DNA of 21,798 nucleotides. It comes from Seison nebaliae (lineage: Eukaryota). Positions 11,511 through 21,798 of this stretch are shown here, piece after piece. The translations under genes and the position numbers were made by a program. Every line of letters begins with the position of its first letter. Within the stretch, counting starts at the first letter, position 1. The notes beneath the pieces are model-generated. The model did not search any database. It saw nothing but the letters and a program-made list of their open reading frames with translations, and was not told the origin of the DNA. The DNA lies in NCBI GenBank assembly GCA_023231475.1, contig JALJEE010000763.1, positions 124,001 through 145,798 on the forward strand, read 5' to 3'.

Positions 11511-12053
11511 ATGTCCTACATCACCTATTCCGCTCTCTCTCATGAACAACGAGTGAAGCGATTATATAAAGCATCACTTCGTCTCTTGCAAGCATGGTGT
11601 GATGATCGGTTAAATTTATTGATTTCTTTATTCTTTTTCTTAATAATTTATTTATAATTAAAGATTAGAATGGAGATATCATTGTGTGATTATGCGGGAG
11701 AGATTTGAGAAGAATAGAAATGTGAAAGATTTAGTAGAAGCACAGAAATTGGTAATTGCAGGAGAGAAAGAAGTTTTTTTTTAACAAATTTTTTGTATAA
11801 CAATTTTTTTTTGTAGCTCTTCGAAAAAAGTCATCCACAACCATATGTATTTATTGATGGACCGAGAGGTATCGCTAATCAACGACATGGTGTTCCAGTG
11901 GAAAGTATAGTTGATACATGGCATCCATTAGAGAAGGCTCAATTTCCTGAATATTTCGAGAAGCGTCAAAAGAGGAAGGAGGAATATGTCGATTGGTGGA
12001 ATAAGAAATATGGTTCAGTTCCAGAAGAATTTAAAGATTTTCCGATAAAATAA
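11511..12053 (+). CDS. NDUFB9: NADH:ubiquinone oxidoreductase subunit B9 (B22, LYR family), 147 aa. Exons 11511-11608, 11664-11772, 11817-12053.
   Basis: Not in the ORF track. Spliced translation: MSYITYSALSHEQRVKRLYKASLRLLQAWCDDRLEWRYHCVIMRERFEKNRNVKDLVEAQKLVIAGEKELFEKSHPQPYVFIDGPRGIANQRHGVPVESIVDTWHPLEKAQFPEYFEKRQKRKEEYVDWWNKKYGSVPEEFKDFPIK. It has an LYK (LYR-type) motif, R.RF, HPQPY and WHPLEKA.FP.YF. The two GT-AG introns (55 and 44 nt) preserve the frame. Confidence 0.95.
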
Positions 12054-12119
12054 TTTGTGAGAATTTTTAAAATTTATTTTTGTTGCAGAAAATAGAAATG
12101 ATTTTTATGAGAAAAAGAA

Positions 12120-13664
12120 TTAAATTAAAGTAAAATCATCATCATCATCAGATAATGTAACGTTCATACGTCTATTCTCAGACCTTATTGGAGATGATGG
12201 ATTACTTCTCGATTTATCATTATCGTCAAATATTTTCACGTTGATCTGTTGAGTAACAGGAATGGCATATGTTGGAATCGTGTCACGAATTTCGAAAATC
12301 GGTCGATGACAATTCGCCATTAGTTGTTCTTCATACAATTCAAGGAAATGTAGAAATTGTTTCTCATTTGAAAAGACGAAACCGAGAGCGATCGATGGAT
12401 CGATATCAGTAAATTTCAAGTAGTTTAATTCTTTCGAATGATAAGTAGAATCGTCAAACATTTGAATTTCACTGTCAATTGATTGATGAGTTGACGATGT
12501 GTCATTTGTAAATTGATTCTTTAATGATTGTGGAATTGTTGATGTAAATCGATTGATAACGGACATGAATTGTTTGGATAAACCATCAGTGTCAGATGTC
12601 GATTCATTTGATGGTATGATTGTACATGAGGAAATGGGAGAAGATGATAAATTTGAATGAATATAATTTTGGACGGTATGTGGATCAAGAAATAATAATT
12701 CATCATCTCGATAACCATAGAAATAGAGTGCATGATTCGGTCGTCCACCGATAAATCCAACGGAATATTCATTATCCATCGACCATTTTAATTGATCCAC
12801 ATATTCCCCATTCAATTCGTTCAATCCTAATCTTAACGGAATCAATAAGAGTAATGGAGCTCGCCATTCTCTCATTTGAGTGGAACGGTCAATTTTTTCA
12901 TCTTCTCCTATCTTAATTTCTCCATCAGTCTCATCATTACATCGACAGACATCATCATCTTTATCATCATTTTCTCGAATAATTCTTTTTCCACAATCCA
13001 CATGTCTCTCAAAGAAATTTTTACCACCGTTTTTTTTATCATTCGCCATCGTTAAAACGGAAGAGAAAATCTTCTCGAGAATAATCGTCGAATCCATTGC
13101 GACTTGTACGAGAATTGGTAATTCACATTTCTCCGTCGATAAAATTTCCATAGAAATGATAGAGAGTACTTGAGAAATGGTATTCGGACCGAACCATTCT
13201 CCAATTTGTACCAATTCATTTTTTTCTCCTACCGTCGTTAAATTCTGAATGGAATATTCATGATCGATATTATCAATAAACTTTTCAAGAATTTTCCAAT
13301 ATTCTTTCGATTTCCTTAATTCATTTAATGTGAATGAAGTAGAACAATATAATCTCAACAATGATTCACTCAAAATCATTTGACCACATCTCAACATACA
13401 ACCCCATCCTTGATCGGCTGATATTCGAGTTGATGGAATTGAGGGAAATCTTCTTCGATAAGACATCCACAACATTCTTTCAACATCTTTCACCACTTCT
13501 TCCTGATTATAAATTAAACTGTATTGACGATTAAAGATATGGAGCGGACTATGATCACCAGATTCATTTAAAAATAATCCGATTTCTGGATGTGATGCAT
13601 CCATCACTATTCGATTGGCGGTTAACTTCTTCTTTTCTTTTTGTATCGATTCCATTCTTCTCAT
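12120..13664 (-). CDS. ATG4: Cysteine protease ATG4 (peptidase C54), ATG4A/B-like, 514 aa, single exon
   Basis: Motifs WMSYRRRF, DQGWGCMLRCGQM (catalytic Cys), GEWFGPN, LLLLIPLRLG, GFIGGRPNHALYF, FLDPH (catalytic Asp/His) and DPSIALGF. The C-terminus is an acidic LIR, DDDDDFTLI. Confidence 0.96.
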   Translation of the reverse strand: MRRMESIQKEKKKLTANRIVMDASHPEIGLFLNESGDHSPLHIFNRQYSLIYNQEEVVKDVERMLWMSYRRRFPSIPSTRISADQGWGCMLRCGQMILSESLLRLYCSTSFTLNELRKSKEYWKILEKFIDNIDHEYSIQNLTTVGEKNELVQIGEWFGPNTISQVLSIISMEILSTEKCELPILVQVAMDSTIILEKIFSSVLTMANDKKNGGKNFFERHVDCGKRIIRENDDKDDDVCRCNDETDGEIKIGEDEKIDRSTQMREWRAPLLLLIPLRLGLNELNGEYVDQLKWSMDNEYSVGFIGGRPNHALYFYGYRDDELLFLDPHTVQNYIHSNLSSSPISSCTIIPSNESTSDTDGLSKQFMSVINRFTSTIPQSLKNQFTNDTSSTHQSIDSEIQMFDDSTYHSKELNYLKFTDIDPSIALGFVFSNEKQFLHFLELYEEQLMANCHRPIFEIRDTIPTYAIPVTQQINVKIFDDNDKSRSNPSSPIRSENRRMNVTLSDDDDDFTLI

Positions 13665-14125
13665 TTAATTTATTCCAATTTACTTCTTATTGTCTGTAAA
13701 AGGAATATTCATTCGATATAATAATTCTGAAAATAAATTCATTCAAATTTTCTGTTTATCTTCAAATTTATTATTTTTCACTGTTTATCATTCATTTGAT
13801 TTCCTCACCAATCTCTCAAACTATTCCAATTTAAATATTTAGTTTTCCTATAAATTCCTTAAGAGACTTTAATTAATTTGTCGATCTTCCTCTTTGGAAC
13901 ACTCTCAAACTTTCAACTTATGAACTTAAAACTGAATTCTTATTATTAATAATTGTTTTAAATAACTAAAGAAAAATATGTTAATTATCAGTAGTATACA
14001 ATTAATAAAATCTGTAGAGATAATAATACCCGAATGTTATATTTAACACTTAATTTCAAAATTTATTGTTCATTTCTTTCAATTCTAATTCTTTTCTATT
14101 TCTTGTTTATTACGTCCATATTTAA

Positions 14126-15870
14126 ATGTTACCTAGTAATTATCCTTATTTACCGTTCGAAAAAAAATGGATTATTCTTTCCACGAGTTACGATGCAGTT
14201 AATGAAAATGAACCGTTTGGTTTCAAAAACGTTCACTCCACATGTTTTACAAATACTCTATTCACAATGATCATTTCATCAATTGAAATGATGAACTTAA
14301 TTAAACAACATGATAGAAAGATGAAAATTAAAAAAATCGAGAATTTCAATGATTTAACACCGTCAAACATTCAACAGACTGCTAGAAAATTGAAAGACCG
14401 AAAACTGATCGGTGCGTATATGAGACAGGAACTACTCCATCATATTGAATATGAACAAGGAGTATCATATAATTCCACTCGATCAATTTCTTCCGTTTAT
14501 TACTTGTGGAATTATTTTATTGAGAAGAATAATCGAAATAAACAATTCAATTTTCCCACATGCAACGAACCGTTAACATGTAAAACAACTCAAATAAAAC
14601 TAGAAGAAAACACTTGTTCAGAATTTGTTAGTGAGATGAAACTTTGTAAAAGTGAATTTGGACTTTTCTTAATGTTATTTAGCGACTTGTTCGATATTAA
14701 ATTAACAACTAAAATGAGAGAATTTATTCGGCCCTCAATCTGTGAAGTATCAGCAGGAGCAAATTTAATGAAAAATAAAAATGTTATAATCACTCAAGGA
14801 ATGTTATATATTCGTAACATTAATTTCCTTTCAATAAATCATGTTGAAATGTTTGTCAATGGGGAATATGAACCCTGGAATTATTATCCTGTAAAATTTG
14901 GTACTAAATTATTCAATCATCTACTAACGGAAACAAAAGAAGATATAAAAAATTATGTACTTCCTCAAAAAACTAGTCCACAAATGATTTATATTACTTA
15001 TTTAGCTACCACGAATTATGGGAACACTATAAAACGATTGTCTCCTACATTTTATGAAAATATCGTTGGCCAATTGATAAAAATGGAGAGATCTCAAGTG
15101 AAATTTGACAGAAATCTAATTAAATTATGCATAGAAGAATCAGGAATGTATATCGATGTCAATGATCTTCAATTTATCGAAAATAGAATTTTTACAAAAT
15201 TTTCTTTCCCATATCTAATTGATCGAAATGAAACTTATGAAATTACAGGAATTGTGTATAACATGTTCGATTTTAAGAATCATCGCATTCTTTCCACAAT
15301 TCCGTCATATCTAAAGGATTATCGACAAACTGCTAAATGTATGCAAGATTTATCAGACAATTTAGAAGACATTATTTTTGTAATTAAACTACAATTAAGT
15401 GAAGAGATCACAAAAGATTATTTGGATATTTCTAATTTAACATGTAACTATGTTATTCATCATAAAAATAGTTTTGAACCAGAATTCAACAATTGTAAAA
15501 TTGGTCATAGTTTCAGCTTGGTGAAAAGTATTATATCCGATAAATGGCTTATTTATAATGACCACATCGTTCATCAAATAGATAATATATTTCTACTTCT
15601 TAAGTTATTCAAATATGAAATAGTTAGAGGTGTTAATTATGTAAAAATTTCTAAATCATTCGATATACAACATTTTTCAAAAAGAAAAATAAAAGATAAA
15701 TCAGTTAGAAAAGTTGTTTAAAACGTTGTAGAAACTATAATTGTTGTTAAAATTTTGAGGAGTTAGATGAAGAACGAAGAGACGGAAGAACGACTATATT
15801 GGATCAGTTCGGTAGAAAATTGGAGAATAAAAAGAAGAAACGGAATCGGAAATGTTGCAAAATTTTATAA
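14126..15870 (+). CDS. Highly divergent ubiquitin-specific protease (C19/USP)-like protein with a predicted C-terminal CaaX box. Exon 1 14126-15712, intron 15713-15759, exon 2 15760-15870, about 565 aa.
   Basis: Cys-box-like PFGFKNVHSTCFTNTLF (Cys codon 14243-14245). His-box-like YVIHH...GHSFSLVK....KWLIYNDHIV (His codon 15506-15508). The unspliced ORF ends at 15721. Removing a 47-nt AA|GTT...GAG intron adds ELDEERRDGRTTILDQFGRKLENKKKKRNRKCCKIL*. Confidence 0.68.
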
Positions 15871-16304
15871 ATTTATCTTAAATTAAATTGAGTTAGTAAC
15901 TGATATAAAATTGATTGAAGAAGTTATAGAATAAAGATAAAATATTCTTGGTTCTGCTTACATAATGATCGATAAATAATAAACGTTATAATACTTAAAA
16001 TCATACTTAATAGTAATAATTAAAATTAATTCTAACGATTTTTGTTTTGCATTATGGATTTTATTTTGCAGTAAATAATGCGGGAAGAGAAGTTAAGTGA
16101 ACATAAATACATCATCCAAATTTTGGAAATCGAAAAAATGGTTGTAGAACTTTTGTAATACAAAAGATGGACATGACAAAATTGGAAAAATATAAATAAA
16201 ATTTTAAGTGAGGTGAGTAGTGCTAATATGGGAGAAGTCATATTAGGAATACAAATCAAATAAAAATAAAATTCCATTAGTCATTTCATCTTCATTCTTT
16301 CTTT

Positions 16305-19103
16305 TCATGAATCATCGAGTATCTTTTTTGTTTGTGAAAATTCATTTTGAAACCAAAAATCATTGAGACCTATTATTCGATAAAGAATGATTTAACAGAA
16401 TAATAATAAGATAAACCTGTATAATCATAGATGCTAAATTTATGTTTATTTGATTGAGAGGAGTCGTCCATTCCAGGAATATCTAACAAATTCTTTACGT
16501 TTTGTTCATAATCTTCATTTAATTCAGTTACTTTTGCTGATGTCGGATGGATATTCATCGATTGAAATGCAACTTCTACATCAGTTCTTTTTATTCCTTT
16601 TTGTGTAACTTGATTTTCTGTGATGTCTTTTCCAAATACTTGACATGCTGAAAAATATAATAGATATCAGACTAATGATCAAATATTAAACTTGCCACAT
16701 CAGCTAGGCGATTGCCACCATCGGTGAATCCACGCCAAAATGCGTCTCGTATCTCAGACGATTGATTTTGAACAGTTGCATTCATCATTCCAACATTTAG
16801 TAATTCGAAATGTTGTAGATTCATTTTGCGATAGACCTACAGAAGAAGAAAAATAAGAAAGAAAAAATATTTCAACAAAACTTTTCCTAAGAAACAATAG
16901 ACGTTCGTCTCTTCTGGACAAAGGAGAGTCAACTCTTTCAATTCATTTAAACATTCCTGATCTTTGTTTAAAAGAAAAAGAATTTTTGCTCTAAAAACAA
17001 TTTTAAAACGAAATGATGGAAAAAAATGAACTTGTAAAATTTGGCGAGTGGATTTTTTGGGAAGATTTTTAAAGCTTTTTCAAGATTATCCAATGCTAAA
17101 TATGGACGTCGTTGAGCTGAATAGACAACAGAGAGATGACAATATATTTTTGAATCATTTGGATGAAGAGTCTTCGCTCTTTCCATCAATTGTTCAGCAT
17201 CAAGTAAACTGTCTTCTTTGAATGCGATTTGACCCAATGCCAAATATGGTATATAATTATTGACTTCGAGTGTAGTAGCTTTAGTTAACGCGATTTTCGC
17301 ACTACCATAATCTTCGGTGATAAAATATTCGAGACCGATAAGAATATGAGCATAAACACAACTGCGATCGATTTGAATAGCTCGAGCGAATAATTTAATG
17401 GCGATATCATGTTCGTTTTGTAAAGAATAATAATTTCCGAGAGCTATCCATGTCTCTGGTGTGTATCGATCAATCTTCAAAAGATTTGCACATAAAACTG
17501 ATAACCAACATTCGTTTTGTAGAGACCAGATCACCGTTGAACAAACATCGAGACCATCCGTATTAAATGGATAAAGTTCTCGATACATATTGAAAACAGT
17601 ATTTGATCGATGTGGTTCATTATTATAATAAAATAATTTAGCCAACGCTCTCAACATGAATGGCGTAGCCAATTGATGATAATGAAGAGAAGCGAAATGG
17701 TGAAAAGCAGCAGGAATGTTATAGTTGTGGAGAGCACGATGAACAAAAGCGAACTGTCGATAAACTGAGAGGATAGAAGCAGATGTTATTTGATGGTCTG
17801 TGGAACGTGTAATCGGATAAAGGAGATCATTCTCCCATTCATTTTTATCATTTTCCATTTCGACTTGTCGATTAGAGAGGAGAACATCATTCATCAGAAA
17901 AAGATTCTCTTTATCCAAATTATTTAACGAACCAAATTTACATAATTCATTATATACTCGTTGACATTGGAAGAATTGTATCATTTCTGAAAGTGCCATA
18001 GTACCACTAGCAAAATTCTCCAAATTTGGTAATCGACTGGTTGATGTGGTTGTTTGACATTTGATGACGTCATCTAAATATGTTTCCCAATACATCGATT
18101 TTCGTCCATCACGTAATGGTCGTCCTTTATTCTTCTTTTCTACAGTTCTCTTATTCAATGTGGATGAAGTTCCACCTTGTTTGAATGCACGAGAAAAATT
18201 GAGATAATCATTATCAACCGATATCTCATTAACAGATATGTCATGATCGACAGTATAATGATTTTTGATACCTCGTCGTATTAATTCATTACTTATTTCA
18301 ACATTCTCCGCTGATGTTATATATGCCAATTTGAGAAGAATAATAAATTCATTTTCATCTTCTTCTAATACTTTCCGCGCTACTTTCTTCTCTTTTTCTG
18401 CATTTTTCAATATCTCATCAAATTGTTCGAATGATTTCAACGATTCATTTAATACAGAAAAATGAATATCGGGAAGAATCTCTTCATCATCATAATGATG
18501 AAAACTAATTCGTTTCAATTCGTTCTCTTTATTCTCTTCATCAATTCTTTGAAATGAATTAAATGCATCATTTAAATGCATCGGTCCCGTTTGAGATGAT
18601 TCATGTACCATCTGAGTTGGATTAATCAATATTCTTTGATTAGATCTATTTAAATTCTTTTTATTCGATTGATTTAATGATCGTTTGGTTGGATCAAAAA
18701 TCGATTTTGCATTGAGTCCTTTTTTCGGACCATCTTACAAAAGAAATAATGAAAATTTTATTATTAATATTTATTTTAATAATTAAATAATAATTCTTCT
18801 AAACTTTTATTATTATTTGAATTGTTATTATTATTACTATTGTTGTTGTTAGTTGTAAAGAGATTATTACAACATAATTTTGTTTCCTGAAAAATACATA
18901 AAATTGTTATTTATATAAAAAATGAGGAAACCGTCGAAATGGAATGTAAATGTCTTTGTTTTCTCGGTAGTTTCGAGTCTTCGGACGGGTAGTATGGTCT
19001 TCTAAGAAAACATTAAAATTAATTTTTGTCAATCAAACCATTCAACTAAAGTTAATAATAATTAATTATTGATAGATGAAATTAAAAAAAAGAAAATCAA
19101 AAA

Positions 19104-19134
<31 letters not shown>

Positions 19135-21050
19135 TTTCTGATGATAATGAAGATGATGAGAAATAATCGAAGAAAAAAAATGAAATAGAAAAGGAGCAAA
19201 TGACTCCAGCTCAAGAATTTACCCAGATCGATTGCCGTACTTATTAGATTTTGAAGATCGTTTCAAATCTGCCGATTTCATTTCATTCGGCGTAGTCGTT
19301 CCTGTTGTATCAATTGGCATATTCTCCACATTTCCAATATCCACCATATTCTCATTCTCATTCTCAATACAAATATTCTTCTTATTATTGTTGTTGTTGT
19401 TAACATTGTCCATTTGATTAATATCACAAATTTTTTGAAGAAGAAATTTTATTTCATGAGAATCATGATGACAATATTTCCTTAATGATTTCCCAACATA
19501 TTGACGGAATTCGATATCAACTTTTTCATTAATTAAATCCAAATTCTTCCAATCATTCCCATAGATAATGGGAGAAATTAGTTTTGTTAAATGATCATAA
19601 TTATTTGAATCAATATTCTCATCATTTAAATTCTCTTCCGATAATTCTTCGTCATCTCCTCCTTCCCAACTATTTCCAATTTGACCTGTCAAAATTGTCG
19701 GTCGATGTTTCACTCCAACTTTCACCGTTGACGTTTTCTTCAATTCACAACATTTTTCATTGACACGCTGAGTTTGTTGGAAGAGATCATAAAGAATATT
19801 TGAACATAATCCACTTGTTATCTGAAGGATATTAGAGAGAACTTTATTGAATTCTGTTGACGATGTATCAATTCGAGACGGTTGTATCGAATTAGATGAG
19901 ATTTGATTTCCTCCTCCAACACCACCACCACCACCAACATTCTTTCCACCATTTTCTGAAGAATTTTCATTTTGATTCTTTTGATCATTTCCAACACCAC
20001 CATCACTTCCAATCAGATCATCATTATCAATTATCGATTGTTGATTTCCTACTTCTTTCAACGGATTTTTTAAAATTTTCGATTGATAAAAATTTCTTGG
20101 AGTCGTCTCTCCATCATCTCCACAACCGTTATTGTTGTTGTTGTTTTTGAGAATAGTAGATGTTGAAGATGGTATATTTAACAAATTTCTTGATGGTGAT
20201 TGATTAATTATTTTGTGTTTATGAAGGAATTCATTCTGATTATTCAATTCCTCATCCAAATCATCAATTCTCTTTTTTTTTTCCATAAAAATCTTTCGTT
20301 CATTCTTCCCTTCCATCAATTTACCTTCTTCCATTTGCATGAAATAAAAATTGAGAACACGAGACGAATAAATCATGTTGGGTGTAGTTTCATTTCCCAA
20401 TTTACATAATTCTTGATAACTCGTCCACATGAACGGATTTAATTCGAGCGCTTCCTTAAAATAAACAGCTGCATAATTCCTCTCACCAATTTGGAGGAAT
20501 GATTCGCCCATCAATTCCAACATATGAGAAGAATCCTTTTGGAATTCTTTCACAATCCTCTCAATTTTCAGGTCAGTATCTCGATGATGAGAATGTCCAT
20601 ACAAATATGTCACTTCAGCAAATCTTCAAAGAACAAGAATAAATTTAAGTAAAATTTCGAGAAATTTAGAACTTTTTCAATTTTTTCAATATTTTCCCAA
20701 ACAGCAATTTCAATTTTGCATCCAATTCTTCGACTGGTACACCAGTTCGCAAAATCGTATCTTCTGCCTGTTTCAACTTCCCGTTATGGAATTGAGCAAG
20801 TGCCAAATAATATGCGAATTCCAAACATTTTCCTTGAAAAGACAAACAGAAAATTATCAGATATCCATTAAAAAACATTCAACTTTCCCCATAAAGTCGT
20901 TCAGCGAAAAATGTTGCATTCTCATAATCGAAATTATTTATATGTTGCCAATAAACGTCCTAATCGACGAGATAAATTCATCAGAATTTCCATATAATTT
21001 CTAACTTTGAGTAATTGAGCGCAATTCGCTTCTTTCACTTTTCCGAGCAT
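16305..21050 (-). CDS. CDC27: Anaphase-promoting complex subunit CDC27/APC3, about 1361 aa. Predicted exons 21050-21006, 20959-20884, 20832-20673, 20623-19223, 19001-18932, 18886-18805, 18733-17032, 16990-16882, 16836-16692, 16647-16417, 16369-16305.
   Basis: N-terminal YWQHINNFDYENATFFAERLYGE and EALELNPFMWTSYQELCKLG. C-terminal TPRs: DGLDVCSTVIWSL, DRYTPETWIALGNYYSLQNEHDIAIKLFARAIQID..YAHILIGLEY, PKNPLAKFYKAKILF..LKELTLLCPEETNVYCFLGKVYRKM. All ten introns are GT-AG and phase-consistent (total 4086 nt). The start codon and the last two exons are less certain. Confidence 0.92.
19109..19134. repeat. (CT)13 microsatellite in CDC27 intron 4
   Basis: Perfect dinucleotide run read directly from the sequence. 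Confidence 0.97.
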
Positions 21051-21660
21051 CCCCCTCCAATGACTTCCGTACATAAGCTTACTTATGAGAAGAGCAAATA
21101 TATGAACAGGAACAATAAGGAAGGAATGAACAATGTAAATTTCCTTAATTTCTCCCAATCACTTATAAGCCTTTCATTTCAAAATTAAATGTTTCACATC
21201 GATTTCCATCATTCATCAATATTTGTTAATATTTTTCTCCATCATGTTCTCCTCTCTACACATCGAAAACGAAGAACATCAAAAATTATCTAATAAATTA
21301 CGACAATTTACATAGGAACTTTTTTCCGAATTTGTTTTGAAAATTCATAAAGCGCAACTTTTTTCCCACCAATTTTTCTTTCTGAGCCTAAGTAACCCTA
21401 AGTAATGTAGTGTGGATCTATATAATGTAATAGAAATTATCCTATTAGGAATTTCGTAGTTATCTTACAACTAGATGTATATGAAATTGTTTTTTATCTC
21501 GTTTGTAGGCACATTTTTATTTTGGACTGTGCTCTATAAGTTTCTTGTTTTTGCCTGCTTTTCAAATTCCGTTTATAATAATAAAGAAAATCTTGTTCTC
21601 TTCGGAGTCTAAATTGATTCTTCTATCTTACTCTCTGCTATACACCTAATACCTACTATA

Positions 21661-21798
21661 TACAGTAGAAACTTAAAGTAATCGGACACTTTTACGTTTT
21701 TATAAAACCGGTCATAACTTCTGTCCTATGAAGTATCTTTCGTAAAGGTGGATATCGCAAAATAGCCCTATTCAAGCTCTTAAAGATAGTGCAAAAAA
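21661..21798 (+). mobile_element. Possible left end of a Tc1/mariner-superfamily (pogo/Tigger-like) MITE running off the window
   Basis: TA followed by CAGTAGAAAC...TAATCGGACAC resembles a TA target site plus a CAGT-initiated terminal inverted repeat. The partner TIR is not in the window. Confidence 0.3.

Noticed and set aside
16032..16277. 81-aa minus-strand ORF
   Set aside because: Low-complexity, AT-driven composition in the CDC27 3' flank with no motif.
16648..16700. GC-AG donor (GTG|GCAAGT) for CDC27 intron 9
   Set aside because: It would shift to a frame that stops after 18 codons. The AA|GTT donor at 16691 keeps the long frame and matches local usage. Not fully excluded.
21387..21406. 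CCTAAGTAA duplicated, telomere-like
   Set aside because: Only two units, and not a regular telomeric repeat.
1..21798. Prokaryotic systems (CRISPR, operons, defence islands), tRNA or rRNA genes, alternative genetic code
   Set aside because: The content is eukaryotic with spliceosomal introns. No such RNA genes or arrays were seen, and conserved genes translate correctly with the standard code.

Overview
AT-rich, gene-dense eukaryotic DNA, most likely from an animal. The taxon cannot be fixed from the sequence. The window holds six protein-coding genes: WDR44 (+), MRPL49 (+), a 3-exon NDUFB9 (+) that the ORF track misses, ATG4 (-), a highly divergent USP/C19-like cysteine protease (+), and an 11-exon, greatly lengthened CDC27/APC3 (-). 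Degenerate Ty3/gypsy LTR-retrotransposon remains (an LTR-like segment, two different integrases, RT and RNase H) fill about 6.5-9.9 kb. The most notable points are three. (1) The orphan USP-like gene keeps a Cys/His/Asp triad and appears to splice onto a hidden last exon ending in a polybasic tract plus CCKIL*, a CaaX box, suggesting a lipid-anchored deubiquitinase. (2) Introns are tiny (13 of 14 are 41-71 nt), and 12 of 14 hand-predicted donors are GTT, mostly AA|GTT, rather than GTRAGT. (3) A structured non-coding island upstream of MRPL49 has some SL/Sm-class RNA features. All exon models were derived by hand and need RNA-seq confirmation.
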